From positions 175,522,001 to 175,586,000 of the forward strand of contig OZ024741.1 of assembly GCA_964016885.1 (NCBI GenBank): DNA of 64,000 nt. Reading direction: 5' to 3'. The notes under the pieces are model-generated. The model did not search any database. It had not been told where the DNA came from and was given only the letters and a program-made list of their open reading frames with translations. The stretch comes from Eledone cirrhosa. Its lineage: Eukaryota. Position numbers and translations under genes: made by a program. Positions 1-14,951 of the stretch are shown here, piece after piece (position 1 is the stretch's first letter; every line of letters begins with the position of its first letter).

Positions 1-135
1 GAAATATTTTGTTCGCCTCATTCTGCCGGAATGTTATGTTCAAACGCAACTGTTTTTTTACATATTTATATTGATTGAGAAATATTCAGTAATTTGTTTT
101 GTGGAACATTCTACACTTTATTATTCTCATTGTTA

Positions 136-189
<54 letters not shown>

Positions 190-375
190 TTGGCAGTATC
201 GGTAGTAGAGGGTCGGACGCCATACTTTGACGCATAGAGTTACGGCTCTTGCCATTCTTGAGTTCAAATCCCGCCGAGGTTAACTTTGCCTTTCATCCTT
301 ACCGGGTCGATAAAATAAAGTACCAGTAATGCATTGGGATAATTGCTGGCCTTGTGCCAAAAGTAGAAACAATTA
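190..375 (+). mobile_element. tRNA-derived SINE, family A
   Basis: A-box-like TGGCAGTATCGG, B-box-like GAGTTCAAATCC, central GCCTTTCATCCTTACGGGGTCGATAAAATAAAGTACCAG block, (ATT)n tail; many near-identical copies in the window. Confidence 0.85.
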
Positions 376-427
376 TTATTATTATTATTATTATCGTTGT
401 TGTTGTTGCTATTGTTGTTGTTGGTTT

Positions 428-483
<56 letters not shown>

Positions 484-546
484 GTACTACTACTTCTACT
501 ACTACTATTACTGCTGCTGCTGCTGCTGCTCCTACTACTACTACTG

Positions 547-632
<86 letters not shown>

Positions 633-657
633 ACTACTACTGCTGCTGCTGCTGCTG

Positions 658-738
<81 letters not shown>

Positions 739-740
739 TT
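428..740. repeat. (ACT)n/(GCT)n trinucleotide microsatellite
   Basis: Seen directly; it produces the poly-S/T/L artefact ORFs. Confidence 0.97.
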
Positions 741-747
741 ATTATTT

Positions 748-2204
748 ATGCAAACGATGACGGTGTTCTTTCGATGCATTTCGGTGCAGACACGAAAAGT
801 GGAACATGCCAGCCAAGCAGAGGTCGAGGCTGCTTTGGAGTACATCGGAAGTAACATAGAGTAGAAAGCAAGAGGCAAACAGTTCGGTACCATCTCGGTA
901 GTGTTCAAAACCGAGGCCCTCGCTATTAAGCACTCGGTGACCCCTTGCAGAACGGAACGCATTATCACGCAGCCGTCCTACATGGGTAAAAGGACAGTAA
1001 AGGTACGCATTCCCAGCATCCCACCAGGAATGAACACATGATGGCAGATAGGATGCGTAATCGAGGAGGGGACAGACACTACCCTCCTGGATATCAAAAG
1101 GACAGAGACAGAGGACTGGTCCGGAATGGATTTAGAGATTCTTCTCCAAATGAAACCGGAGGACATGAACAACATCCCGGATTTTGCCCGCCTGCAGGAC
1201 GGGACAACAATCCAACTAATCATTGACGGAAGAAGGCCACGCTGCTTCGTCTGCGGAGAAGCAACGCATCTGCAAGCCTTCTGCCCTCAGCGCAAAAATG
1301 CAGGGGGTCGCAAACCTCCTTTGTTGCCAACGCGAGTGTCAGCACGGAAAGCTGCACCACCACCACCACCACCAAAAACAACACCAACAAAAACACGGTC
1401 ACCAACATCAAAAACAGCCGGATCACCACCAACACCAAAACCAATCCAAGGGGAAAACGAGGAAAGCTCTCCTACTCCCCCTACCCCTCCCCAATTATAC
1501 ACATAGACAAAACAATAAACGCACACGCAGACACAGAGACACTCACAGCCAGAGACCCTTTGTCTTCCAGCAGCGAAGATGAAGGAAAACAAGTGCAAAA
1601 AAACCAGAAAACTCACAAAAAAGCCCCAACAAAACACAAAAACATACACAACAAAAACTACAGACACCACTAACGCAAACACTTCCCCAATAACATCATC
1701 ACCAACAGCAACATCGACACCACCGCCACAATCCCCGAAACGCAAACAACCTAAACAAACACAGGTACAAATAAACACACAAATACCTGAAATTGCAGAC
1801 ACCACACCTACAACAAACACAGATATACCCGAAACAACACCACCAAAACCATCACCACCACAGTCACCAAAACGAAAACAAATAAAACCACACCAACAAA
1901 ATGTCAAAAACTTCGTGCTTGTCAGAAGGGCCAACGATAAACTGATGGCCCTCTTAGCACGAAGCGAGGACATTCAAACAGAGGGGGTGATTTTGAAATG
2001 AGCACATTTTGCGTGCCAGAAGATTTGCTTCTAGTCCGAATGTCACTCAATTCCTTCAAAGAAATTCGAGAGAGCTTTCCTCAAGACGTGGGAACCCCGA
2101 ATGTGAAACCCACATCAAGACTTTTAAAGGGGTTCCCAAAAGAAACCCCACCAACAATGGAGGTCGAACCACCCGACCTTCACAAGACCCCGGGAGGTAA
2201 GTAA
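748..2204 (+). pseudogene. LINE ORF1 (gag-like, CCHC zinc knuckle), interrupted
   Basis: The frame from ATG 748 runs through in-frame stops (862, 1039, 1504) into CFVCGEATHLQAFC (CX2CX4HX4C), then a Pro/Thr/Lys-rich region, with a frameshift near 2000. Confidence 0.8.
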
Positions 2205-2233
2205 ACCTTCCCTCTCTCTCTTAGCTTACCAAT

Positions 2234-5200
2234 ATGGCCATATTAAAAGTAGGAAGTTTAAATGTTCGCGGCCTGGGGTCACCCTGGAAGCAGGGTCGCC
2301 TGCTCAACGACCTCAGGTCGCTGGAAATGGATGTGATTGCCGTCAGCGAGACCAGAATTTCCGACACGCGCGCACTAGCCCCCATTTTCGACGACTATCA
2401 GATCTCCGCATCTGTTAGCAGACCGGGAATGTGGGGTGGGGTGGCAGTGCTGTTTAGGAAATGACTGGATCTCGAGGTAAGGTCGATCTTCTAGGACCCG
2501 GACGGTAAGTTGGTGGTCTTGGATGTGAGCAGTAGCGAAGGTGGTGCCTTTAGACTGCTGTCCGTCTACGCCCCTACAGGGGCCGGACGACCGGACTACT
2601 TTAGGCGCCTGGAGACCTTTCTGGGTACCTCTCGCCCTTTACTGTTAGCGGGGGACTGGAATGGCATCTTAGACGCACGCTGGGATTGTGTGGGAGTAGC
2701 CGATAGGACCAGGAGGTGCAACAGCCTCAAGCACCTACTCAGCCAGTCCGAACTGTCTGGCAGGTATCGACTAGATTCCCACAATGTGCCAGTATGGACA
2801 TGGACCAACCGAATGGGGTCATCTAGATCGTATATAGACAGGATCTTCATTAGGAAAATAGATAGAAATAGTGTGGGCTGCCCACTTTTTAAAGCGGTCG
2901 CCTATTCAGATCACAAATTTGTGATCTGTACGGTCGAACTAGATAAAACGCGTAAGTTAGGACCGGGTTACTGAACATGTCATTTCCGGCACGTAAGGCT
3001 TAGAGGGACCGAGTCAACAATTTAGTTAAGCAAAAGTTGACAGGGGGGATCATCAACAACAGATGGTGGGGGGCTCTCAAAAGAGAGATTAGAGTAACTT
3101 CGATAGAGTTCAGCAAAGAACTAGCATTAGAGAAAAATAGAAAGTAGGGGGAGCTGGTAGATAAGTTAGACGAGGCTATTTGTAGTGGCATTGCAACTGA
3201 CGTGCTAGCGGCGAGAATGGCATTAGACCATTTCTTCAATGCGAGACACGAAGGTTGCTTTGTCAGAGCTAAGGCGCGTGCGCTGAGAAACGAGGGAACC
3301 AAAGCTGTTCGATGGGCCCACGTGGCGGAGGCGCAGCGTGGTAATAAAACCACAATTCGGTCTTTGGCGGACCGAGACGGACACGAGATAAGCGATTCCA
3401 AGCGGATGTGTGAGGCCTTTCGCCAGCACTTTGCTCGGTTGTTCGGGGAGAGTGGCGAGTCAGAAAGAGTAGCGGATTTCAAGCCCTACCTTGACGGCTT
3501 TCCGTGCATCTCGACGGTCGACGCTGAGCGCTGTGAAAGGCCGATTACTTCAGCCGAAATTCAAGACGCCCTTGTCGGCCGCATAAGGCGCAAGTCGCCT
3601 GGTTTGGATGGCCTGCCCTACGAGCTTTACGTAAATATGCCAGACTTGTTCTCCGAACTCCTCGAAGCACTTTACTGCAACTGGCAGCAGAATGGGAGTA
3701 TTCCCAGTTCTGTAAGCAGGGGAGTGGTGACGCTGATAAGGAAAGACGAGAACAAGAGGGATACATTAGACAACTTCAGGTCCATAACTCTGCTCAACAC
3801 AGAGTTTACGATTTTGGCCAAGGTGTTAGGAAAGAGATTGGCGCTTGTCGTCGAGGATTTGGTTGGGGAGGCGCAAACTTGCGCAATCCCAGCCAGGTCC
3901 ATACACGACAATCTCCACCTCATGCGATACATCATAGAGAGGGTAGGGTGTAAACCTGGCTTCGGTGGGGCACTGATCAATTTAGATCAATCGAAAGCAT
4001 TCGATAGGATCGACCATCGGTCTCTGGAGTTTGTCCTCAAAGCAGCTGGCTTCGGCCCTGTCTTCAGAAGCTGGATCGCTGCAATGCACAGCGGCACAGG
4101 CTCGGTGGTCAAGGTTAATGGCCACCTCTCGGAACCATTTCGGCTCTCCCGATCGGTCCGTCAAGGGTGCCCTCTCTCTTCCCTTCTGTACGTATTGACT
4201 CTCGAGCCTTTACTGCGGAAGCTGGAGCTGTTGCAGGGCATCCCGCTCGAACCGGGACGTGGAAGGGCGGTGTCGGCTTATGCGGACGATATCACCGTGA
4301 TGGTGTCGAACACCTCAGAAATCGAGGTGGTCGGCACCTTATTGAAGGAATATGAAAGGTTGACAGGAGCCAAACTTAACCCGGAAAAGTCGGTGGGCTT
4401 GCAGCTCGGAACCTGGAGAGGCAAGCTCATGCCGTCCAACAGCGTCGTGGGGCGCTGGACGGACGGACCGGTAAAGTTGCTCGGGGTTTGGTTCAGACCA
4501 GACCTCCAGGTAGAAAAGAATTGGGACGAGGTAACGAGCAGAGTAGCCAGTCTCACCCAAAAATGGGCTGGGAGGAAGCTATCACTGAAAGGTCACGCGG
4601 AGTTGGTGAATGCGTACATCGCGTCCGTCATCTACTACCGCCTGACCGTCGTGCCTTTCCCCCGTCAGCGCCTCGTCAAGTTGGAACGGCTCCTCTTCAA
4701 ATTCTGGAGAGGACAATCTGCTGCCAGCACCCTCTACGCGGAGGGCTGGGCATGCCGTGGCTAATGATGCACAGACATGCGTTGAGGCTGCGACATCTCC
4801 AGATATTCTGCCTCAACGGTGAACAGGTGTGGTCGCCGTTTATCGGACGGGCCTTTCTGCAGCTCATTTCTTTGACCGAGCTGCAGTCCTGGGTCAAGGA
4901 GAGACCGAGACTGGGTGACTGGCACCTGGAATGTTGCCAGGCACTCACTGCCCTCTGCCAAGCGGGCAATGCGATCAGTGGAACTTCCACTCTCGAGTTC
5001 TATAGAAGATTAGTGGTGGGCAAGTGCGATGACGCACTCGGAGAAGCTTTGGGCCTCGACGAAGTCGAACTGACCAGTCTGTACCGGAGGACCTTTGAGC
5101 CGGGGACGATGGACAATTTCCAGAAATCCCTCACTTGGCAGTGCTACCGGGGGGCACTGCCGGTTCGGGATAAACTCTACAGGCACGGAAGTGCTGTCAG

Positions 5201-5624
5201 ACGGACCTGCCCAAGATGCGCACAGAACGACGAAACCGTTCTGCACGCACTTGTCCAATGTCCGTGCATTACTGACTTGTGGAGTTATGTCGAACAGCTA
5301 CTGTCACGTGTGGAACGAATCCGGCTATCGGCCGAGTCCATAGTGAAGATCGACCCACCGCCTTCCTTAGGGCAGGAAGAGCAGGAAATTTTCCTGTCTG
5401 GTGGCAGTTGCGAAAGACGTTATATGGTGGACCAGGTTAAAAGGACTGAAGACAAACACTTTTCTCTTCGGCCAATCCCTCATCAACTTCATCAAGTTTC
5501 ACCTGGAAAGGAAGGTGAGGGGGTGGAGAGAGAAGTGCTGCCCCCTAGTACATTTGCTAAATGGTGGGTGAATGTGGCGAGAATGACTCGTGTGAATGGG
5601 CCTACTCTGACCATGCGCCTATAG
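2234..5624 (+). pseudogene. LINE ORF2: APE endonuclease, reverse transcriptase and C-terminal zinc finger; stops and frameshifts
   Basis: APE motifs SLNVRGL, AVSETR, VYAP, GDWN, SYIDRIF, SDH; RT motifs KSPGLDGL, LDQSKAFDRI, VRQGCPLS, AYADD (4276-4290); C-terminal CPRC...ETVLHALVQC. Confidence 0.93.
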
Positions 5625-6019
5625 GCTAGCTAACTTGAGGAGAGGGGTGCTCTCCCTGGGTGCCCTAGAAGTGCAGGGTGGTTCAGGATTGGTGGGGTAC
5701 CTGAGTCACCCCAGGGTCGTCCACTCCCTATCGGGGAATTTATTATTTGTTATATTTATGCATAGTTTATTTTATATTTTTATATTTTCATTATTAAATT
5801 AGTCTTGCCATTGTGCACTTTTACTCGACCTTATTGTAAACCGCCACTGTCCCTGTCTTTGTATTGTCCCCTACATGTCGGTCCTTGTGGCTAATAAATG
5901 AAATCATTATTATTATTATTATTACATATCCTTGGTTTTGTTTTGCGCACAATGAACAATTTTTCATTAAAAGTAATAAAATAAAATAATATGAATAGTT
6001 CAACATCTTTAACGATTTA

Positions 6020-6367
<348 letters not shown>

Positions 6368-6585
6368 TGGTGATTATGATAGTGATATGTGTTATTGGCC
6401 ACAAGGGTCTAAGACGTTGGGGACCCTCGAAGAGTGAATAATCATAATATCAATAAGTTTGGCTATAATGATAATATTGAGGATATCGATAATGATGATG
6501 GTAGATTCTTCAATGATTTCCTTTTGTATGAGCAGGGCAAAGGAAATTATTATAGTACTGCTGACTTCTCATTTGATTCTAACTA

Positions 6586-7275
<690 letters not shown>

Positions 7276-7574
7276 TACAGTTGCAGCTACTGCTGCGGTT
7301 ATCAGTAGTAATGGTAGTCGTAACAGGAGATTTCCACACCTGTTTCTCTCCGCTTCAATACCGTATGAAGACCATGTAACACTGCTTGTGCCTTGGAAGA
7401 GACCCTCCCTTAGTTGTTGACCATTTACACTGAGAACTAATCACATTTTTCCAATATTAAGGGAGCCACAATCCGTGACACTCTCACAAGAGCAACTTCT
7501 CAGAACTGATGTTGTTGCTGTTGCTGTTGCTGCGTTTATTGTTGTTTCCTTTGATCATTTCTCTGCTTTTTCAG

Positions 7575-7873
7575 CTAGTTTGTATAGAAAGTATTATCGC
7601 TTTACTCCCTTAACCTGCAATGGATTCTATTGTTTTGGGTGTCATCGACCATATCTATTTTTGTGTTGCCTCGGGGCTCATCACCCAGCCCTACTTCTTC
7701 ACAAAAATTACAACGAGCCAAGCTCAACATCAGACCGGCCAACTTCTAAAATCTCAAACGAGGAGTACCATGACAAAAAGGACCCCAAAACGGGGAGAAA
7801 GAAGGTGGGAGATCTCCCGATTGGACGGGGAGAGTTGACAGGTCTGCAACATCCTCAAAACAATGTCCTTTAG
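7575..7873 (+). CDS. Candidate terminal coding exon of an unidentified host gene
   Basis: Pyrimidine-rich acceptor TTTCTCTGCTTTTTCAG ending at 7574, then an open non-repetitive frame (phase 1) SLYRKYYRFTPLTCNGFYCFGCHRPYLFLCCLG...HPQNNVL* to TAG 7871-7873. No family recognised. Confidence 0.4.
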
Positions 7874-8689
7874 AATAACTCTCCAGTGACATCGTACCAT
7901 ATATTGCGACGCCAACAAATTAGTCATGTTTTTTATGAGTTGATCTATCACTAATTATTAATATTTTTGCAATCTTTAATCAGCTTCTAAAATATAATGT
8001 ATCTCAAGAATTAGTTATATTCACATCTACGTACACAAAGGCTCAGTTAAGTAACAAATCGATTTTAGATATGTTAATATAGTTAATCGTGAAATATTTT
8101 AAAGTTAAAACGTGTTTTAAGACAAAAATCCCCATGAAAATTTGAAATTTTGCCTTAGAACATCCATCTTAAGGTAAAGTTTATTTACAGTTAGTAACTT
8201 TTTATGAGTTTTGTAACGCAGCAGTTGATCCTACCAGTTTTCCGAGTTCTCAGTTTATTTTGATGACCAGATATACACGCTTCTCTAAGACCTAGACCCC
8301 ATCACTGGAGCATACGTTATGCTGTACATTATCCAAGGCTTGATTTAGGTTTCTTTGGGAGAAATATGGAAATCCACCCCAGCTTTCATGAAGTAGGTCA
8401 CTTTCCATCTTACCCACGGTGGATAAATTCTTCGGGAAGGAGAAACACTGTTTTATCTCCGGCCGCTGCCAAACGATTTACTTCGATTCAATTCGACTTA
8501 TTTCTAAAATTTCACTTTTACTTGTAATGCTGGCAAACCTGTGTACATTTGTTAATATAACACATGCTTGCATTGTTCTTGTTGTTGGAACTCTTCTCTT
8601 GTGTAAGTCGGGTAAATTTACTTTTTCATTGCTAAATCATAACAATCTGCACTCGCGAGTGTATCAGTTTCTTTAGTTTTTTTATTTTA

Positions 8690-8830
8690 TTCCGTTCATT
8701 ACCCAAGATTCATGACCAATAGTAAGGGTTGGCACGAATACTGAATTGAACAAAACGAGTTTGGCTTTTACAGTTACCTCCTTTCTTCTGATTACCGAGT
8801 GTTGAAGCGAAACCAAGCGACTGAAATTGG
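8690..8830 (-). mobile_element. RTE-clade (Rex3/Expander-like) LINE fragment
   Basis: Translation KAKLVLFNSVFVPTLTIGHESWVM matches the post-RT K..(Y/F)...F.P.LTYG.E.W motif. Confidence 0.7.
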
Positions 8831-9210
8831 GTTCCTCCAAATCGGGGTAGGGAGCTGTGATCTCTCGATTAGAACATCTCAAGAAAGAATCACTGGACAG
8901 ATCCGTTTATCGTTAAGAAAAAAATAATTTAAGCGTATTCGAAAATTGCTCCCTAATTTTTTAAAGATCGCTTATCAAATGCGACTTCATATCGCAATAA
9001 CTCTTACTGCTGTAGGTAATAGATGATTGCAAACAAAAAGGTTTTAAGAAAAATCTCCTCTTTCCGAAATTGCCCCACACCCGCGCCTAATGTAAACCTT
9101 TTCACCCAGAAAAAAAAAACTTGGTAAAAATCCAATTTCTTCGCCACACGAGAGACGCCCAACACGTTAAACCACGAGTAGTAATACTAAGTCACTTCTT
9201 CATCCACATC

Positions 9211-9290
<80 letters not shown>

Positions 9291-9458
9291 GTTGTTGTTG
9301 TTTAATAGTATTATATTCAATACAACAAAAAGAACAAGAATAGGGAGAGAAAAGTATAACTGAGTCTGTCAGACTCATTAATATCCGCCGAACAAATTTA
9401 ATGGTTAATAACTGCATCGCTGAACACCAACACCATGTTGTCTGTCACCATTGTAAAA

Positions 9459-9625
<167 letters not shown>

Positions 9626-9791
9626 TTTCGAGATCAGATCGTGTGAACATTACAAAAGCCGTTTCATCATTGTTCAATAATTTCTATATTTCGCGGTAAT
9701 GAAAGCAATCTCAACGTCAAGAACAACTCTTTTCTCATCCATTGAAATATATGAAATAAACATATAAAGGCTTACAAGAACTGCGAGCGTG

Positions 9792-9840
<49 letters not shown>

Positions 9841-11188
9841 CTATCTGAGCGTGTATGTATGTAAATATGTATGTATTCACTCTGAATCTTTTATGTTGAA
9901 ATGTTTGCACAATCACACATATATGAACACGAGAATATTATATGTATATGTGGAAACATATATACAAATATATAGATGTACATGAATATATATATATTTA
10001 TATATATATATATATATATATATACATTTACATCAATGTATGAAAATATATATGCATATATATGTGAATATATATTTTATTATAAACAATCTTACAACAG
10101 ACGTGAATCCTTATTTTATTTGTTAAAAGAATACGCAATGTTTCTTTTGTCTGTAAATGTATGAATCATATACTTTCTTTGAAACACACAAAGAAAAAAT
10201 GACAAATATAAATATAGTGTGAAACTATTAAGGGCTTCAGATGAGAAAACTTGTATAATGAATATGTACTATTCTAGACAAATATATAGATATGAATAAT
10301 TATAGGTACACATACACATATTCTTACACACGCTCGCTTATATTACTTATACAATTTATACGTATGTGAATATTCTCGCGTGTATATAGCTTGAGGCAGA
10401 CACTTTATATATATAACCTGTTTTATGACAGAGTTATGTATAAGCAAGACATTGGAGTAAAATGAAAAAACAACTCTTAAGACAAGACGAAACGTTTTGT
10501 AGGGGACAGTGTTGGAAGAGCTCGAAGTTGTTTTCGTCAGCGTCGCATTGTAGTGGAAATATACTGTCTAGTGGCTGGACCGCTACTCTGGAACTATCCC
10601 TGGGGCCTTGCAATATTAATAACTCACCATAGCCATCCTTACAACCCATGTTGTTTGCATGCTTTTGCATTTTTTTTTTACTGTTTGCAATACGCCATTC
10701 TTACCTATAGGAGCATTATCCAGATCACTGATTAAAAAAAAACACACACTTCAACGAGAGATTTTAGGTGTTCATTCCACTTTCCAGAAATAGCGGATTT
10801 CCTTCGAAAGAAACCTATACTCATAGAAAATATCAGGCAAGCATGGGTCAGTTAAGCCTGTTAAACTGATGAGAGGAAGTGTGCTACTCAATAACAGATG
10901 GTGCCTCTGAGTAGTTTACATACACACAGTCGCTGCTTTCTATATTTCACCCAGATGTCTTCGGTCGATCGTAGACTATAGTAGAAGAGAAATGTATAAG
11001 GTCCCACGAGGTGGGATGAACCTTAAATCAGGGTGCAATATGAAGGATAATTAGCTGTTATTTTAGCAGATCATTGATTTGCATGATTTTGTTGTTAACA
11101 GTAGATAAATCCTCATTAGCAACCTATGTTTTAAAGTCATCCAACCATGAACATTCTATCATAAATTCGGTTGGAGTTCATATAGGGC

Positions 11189-11315
11189 TAGATAATATAG
11201 TACGTTATTCATAGATAATATAGTACGTTATTTATAGATAATATAGTATGTTATTCATAGATAATATAGTACGTTATTCATAGATAATATAGTACGTTAT
11301 TTATAGATATAGTAT
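11189..11315. repeat. 23-bp minisatellite, about 5 copies
   Basis: Unit TAGATAATATAGTACGTTATT(C/T)A repeated with period 23. Confidence 0.9.
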
Positions 11316-12239
11316 GCTGTTATTTCTAACCTGTCAAGTGATCACGTAGAGCGATCAAGTAGTGAATGTTGAGTACCTTCGCCACATATCCATAAATCGT
11401 GATATATGTGATGGTTTACGAACATGCAACCAGGGACAGCGCTTGAGTAAGTACGCCCTAGACTTGCACTCCTTCTTCCAGTTATGCGCCCCGATCTCAC
11501 AAATAAAATAATTTCAATCTATAATTCGGCAAGGTAACAAACTAGGTATGTGTTTGACATGTCTGGCCCTGCTCACAAAGCAATTATTCTAGACCTGCAT
11601 TTTCTATAAAACTGTAAAACTTCACTCATTTCCAATCATGTAATGGTAGTTGATAACACCACACTACCCTTTCCACCTTATTTATTTATTGATCGCGGGA
11701 ATTTGGTTAAAAATCTGATCCTTTAAGGTTCAATAATGCATTCATGAAAGGTTTGCGCCCTAGGTAACTGCCTAGTTGGCCTTAATAGTAGTGTTGACTC
11801 TGCCTGAAACTCTTCCACTTCTGCCAATGTTGCTGTTGTGACACGCACCATTAAAAACGCCAGTTGTGTGTCTCCAGCGGACAATAGGACATTATGCTTT
11901 GTAAGCTATCTACGATACAAGCTATATAGTTAATAAACAGTTTCCTGACACTGATACTGGCCAACTAGTTTTATAATGAAAAATATAGGAATGAAAATTT
12001 ACGGTGTTTGTAGTACCAAGATAAACATAGAACGGATATACTTGGTAAATGAAACACAAAGCTATGCAATAAACACTAGATATATATTTACAAAATCTAT
12101 CTTCCTATTTACGTTAGAAAGTATTATATTTAGTTGTGGAGGTGGAAATAACGTCAGTTAGACGTTGTGTATATATATGTGTGTGTGTGTGTGTGTGTAT
12201 GAATATGTATATATATATATATATGTATATATATGTTTG

Positions 12240-12351
<112 letters not shown>

Positions 12352-12439
12352 GAGGTTCAGTAGATTTGTGGTCTACTGTAGTAGGTATAAATATTAGACT
12401 TTTATGTATTTATGCATTATGTATATGTACGTATATAGG

Positions 12440-12499
<60 letters not shown>

Positions 12500-12577
12500 G
12501 TATAATATACCTATATACATAATGCATAAATACATAAAAGTCTAATATTGATACCTACTACAGTAGACCACAAATCT

Positions 12578-12611
<34 letters not shown>

Positions 12612-13054
12612 GTAGGTATTCATTATATATATATGTGACGACTATACACACGCACACACAACACACTCTGACACACACACACTCTGACACACACACACGA
12701 ACACATACGAATAACACACATATTAAAATATTTATTCACAGAAAAAAACCCACATTCTTTATGTAACCAAAGTAAACAACAACATAAAATACACAAAATT
12801 GCAAAGAGAGAAGCGTATTTGTCTCTTAATATATAACATATAGCTTAACAATTAGTCTATGTAATTATAAATAGCAATATTACATTTTGGAATATTAGAA
12901 TTTAAATATTAAATTATCTTTAAGAAAGACATAAGACGCTTTATAGGAATATTTTAATCCTCAATTGTAATGCTTATTCTAAACAAACTGGTTAATACTT
13001 CTTCGTTACTTGTGTCTATCAGAGGAAAATATCTCATATACAAACACACACATA

Positions 13055-13150
<96 letters not shown>

Positions 13151-13205
13151 CGCACACACGCACATACACACACATACACATATAATAATATTTACATTCA
13201 TACAA

Positions 13206-13242
<37 letters not shown>

Positions 13243-13724
13243 TCAAGTATATATATAGTGTGTGTGTTTGTGTATGTGTATATATATGTTTAAATAGGTA
13301 TATATATATATGTATATAAATGTATATGTATGTATATGTATGTATAAATATGTATATGTATGTATATATATGTGTATGTATATACGTATTTGTATATATA
13401 TGTGTGTATATGTATGTATATGTGTATATATATATATATACAAGTATATTTAGACATATATATATATGTATATATGTATGTATATATAGACATGTTTATA
13501 TATATGTGTTTATATATACAAATATATGTATATATATATATATATAAGTATGTATACGTAATACATATATGTATACAGGCGTACAGTAGTATGTATGTAT
13601 ATATACATACATGCACATATATATATGTACGTATGGATTCACCGAACATATATATTTAAGTAACAGCCGTACTAGGAGTGAGAAATTAAATTTCGTTTCA
13701 TTTTTTCCGTTTATATATATATAT

Positions 13725-13758
<34 letters not shown>

Positions 13759-13789
13759 TATATATATATTTATATATGTATGTATATAT

Positions 13790-14357
13790 ATAAGTATGTA
13801 TATATGTATGTATGCCTGTCTTTATGTATATATGTATTTACATATATATATATATGTACATTTGTATACATATATATGCATGTATATATGTATATGTAAA
13901 TATATATGTTTGTATATTTGTATATATATGTATATACGTATATATGTATATATATATGTATGGATATATGAATGTATATATGCATATGTATGCATATGTA
14001 TGTAGATGTGTATGTATATATGTATGTGTATATATATATATATATATATATACACATACAGATATATGCATATATATGTATGTATATATGTATGTATATA
14101 TATATATTTTTACATGTATGTATGTATATAAGTATGTATATATGTATGTATGCCTGTCTTTATGTATATATGTATTTATATATATATATGTACATTTGTA
14201 TACATATATATGCATGTATATATGTATATGTAAATATATATGTTTGTATATTTGTATATATATGTATATACGTATATATGTATATATATATGTATGGATA
14301 TATGAATGTATATATGCATATGTATGCATATGTATGTAGATGTGTATGTATATATGA

Positions 14358-14396
<39 letters not shown>

Positions 14397-14530
14397 CAGA
14401 TATATGCATATATATGTATGTATATATGTATGTATATATGTATGTATATATGTATATATATATATTTATATATGTATGTATGTATATAAGTATGTATATA
14501 TGTATGTATGCCTGTCTTTATGTATATATG

Positions 14531-14586
<56 letters not shown>

Positions 14587-14864
14587 TATATATATATATA
14601 TATGTACATTTGTATACATATATATGCATGTATATATGTATATGTAAATATATATGTTTGTATATTTGTATATATATGTATATACGTATATATGTATATA
14701 TATATATATGTATGGATATATGAATGTATATATGCATATGTATATATGCATATGTATGCATATGTATGTAGATGTGTATGTATATATGTATGTGTATGTA
14801 TATATATATATATATATATATACACATACAGATATATGCATATATATGTATGTATATATGTATG

Positions 14865-14900
<36 letters not shown>
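13790..14900. repeat. Higher-order tandem repeat (about 340-360 bp, 3 copies) built from degenerate (TA)n/(TATG)n
   Basis: Anchor ATGCCTGTCTTTATG at 13812, 14150 and 14508; TATGGATATATGAATG and CATACAGATATATGC also recur three times. Confidence 0.85.
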
Positions 14901-14907
<7 letters not shown>

Positions 14908-14914
14908 ATATATG

Positions 14915-14951
<37 letters not shown>

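Larger units (their letters stand above)
748..5923 (+). mobile_element. Decayed near full-length Tx1/L1-clade non-LTR retrotransposon
   Basis: Two-ORF layout (zinc-knuckle ORF1; APE-RT-ZnF ORF2), 3' UTR with AATAAA at 5893-5898 and (ATT)n tail at about 5906-5923; GC-rich relative to the flanks. Confidence 0.93.

Noticed and set aside
264-968. Long poly-Ser/Thr/Leu ORFs, and the many YI/HT/CV/RE-repeat ORFs across the window
   Set aside because: They are translations of stop-free microsatellites, not genes.
2197-2224. GT..AG mini-intron between LINE ORF1 and ORF2
   Set aside because: Only 28 nt long, and removing it does not fuse the ORFs in frame; at most a short GGTAAG/CTTACC stem.
10866-10915. 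CTGATGA-GAGG..CCTC as a hammerhead
   Set aside because: No GAAA after the stem and no stem III.
11189-11315. Possible CRISPR-like array (also 45848-46067 and 55841-55946)
   Set aside because: Head-to-tail repeats without unique spacers, eukaryotic context, no cas genes.
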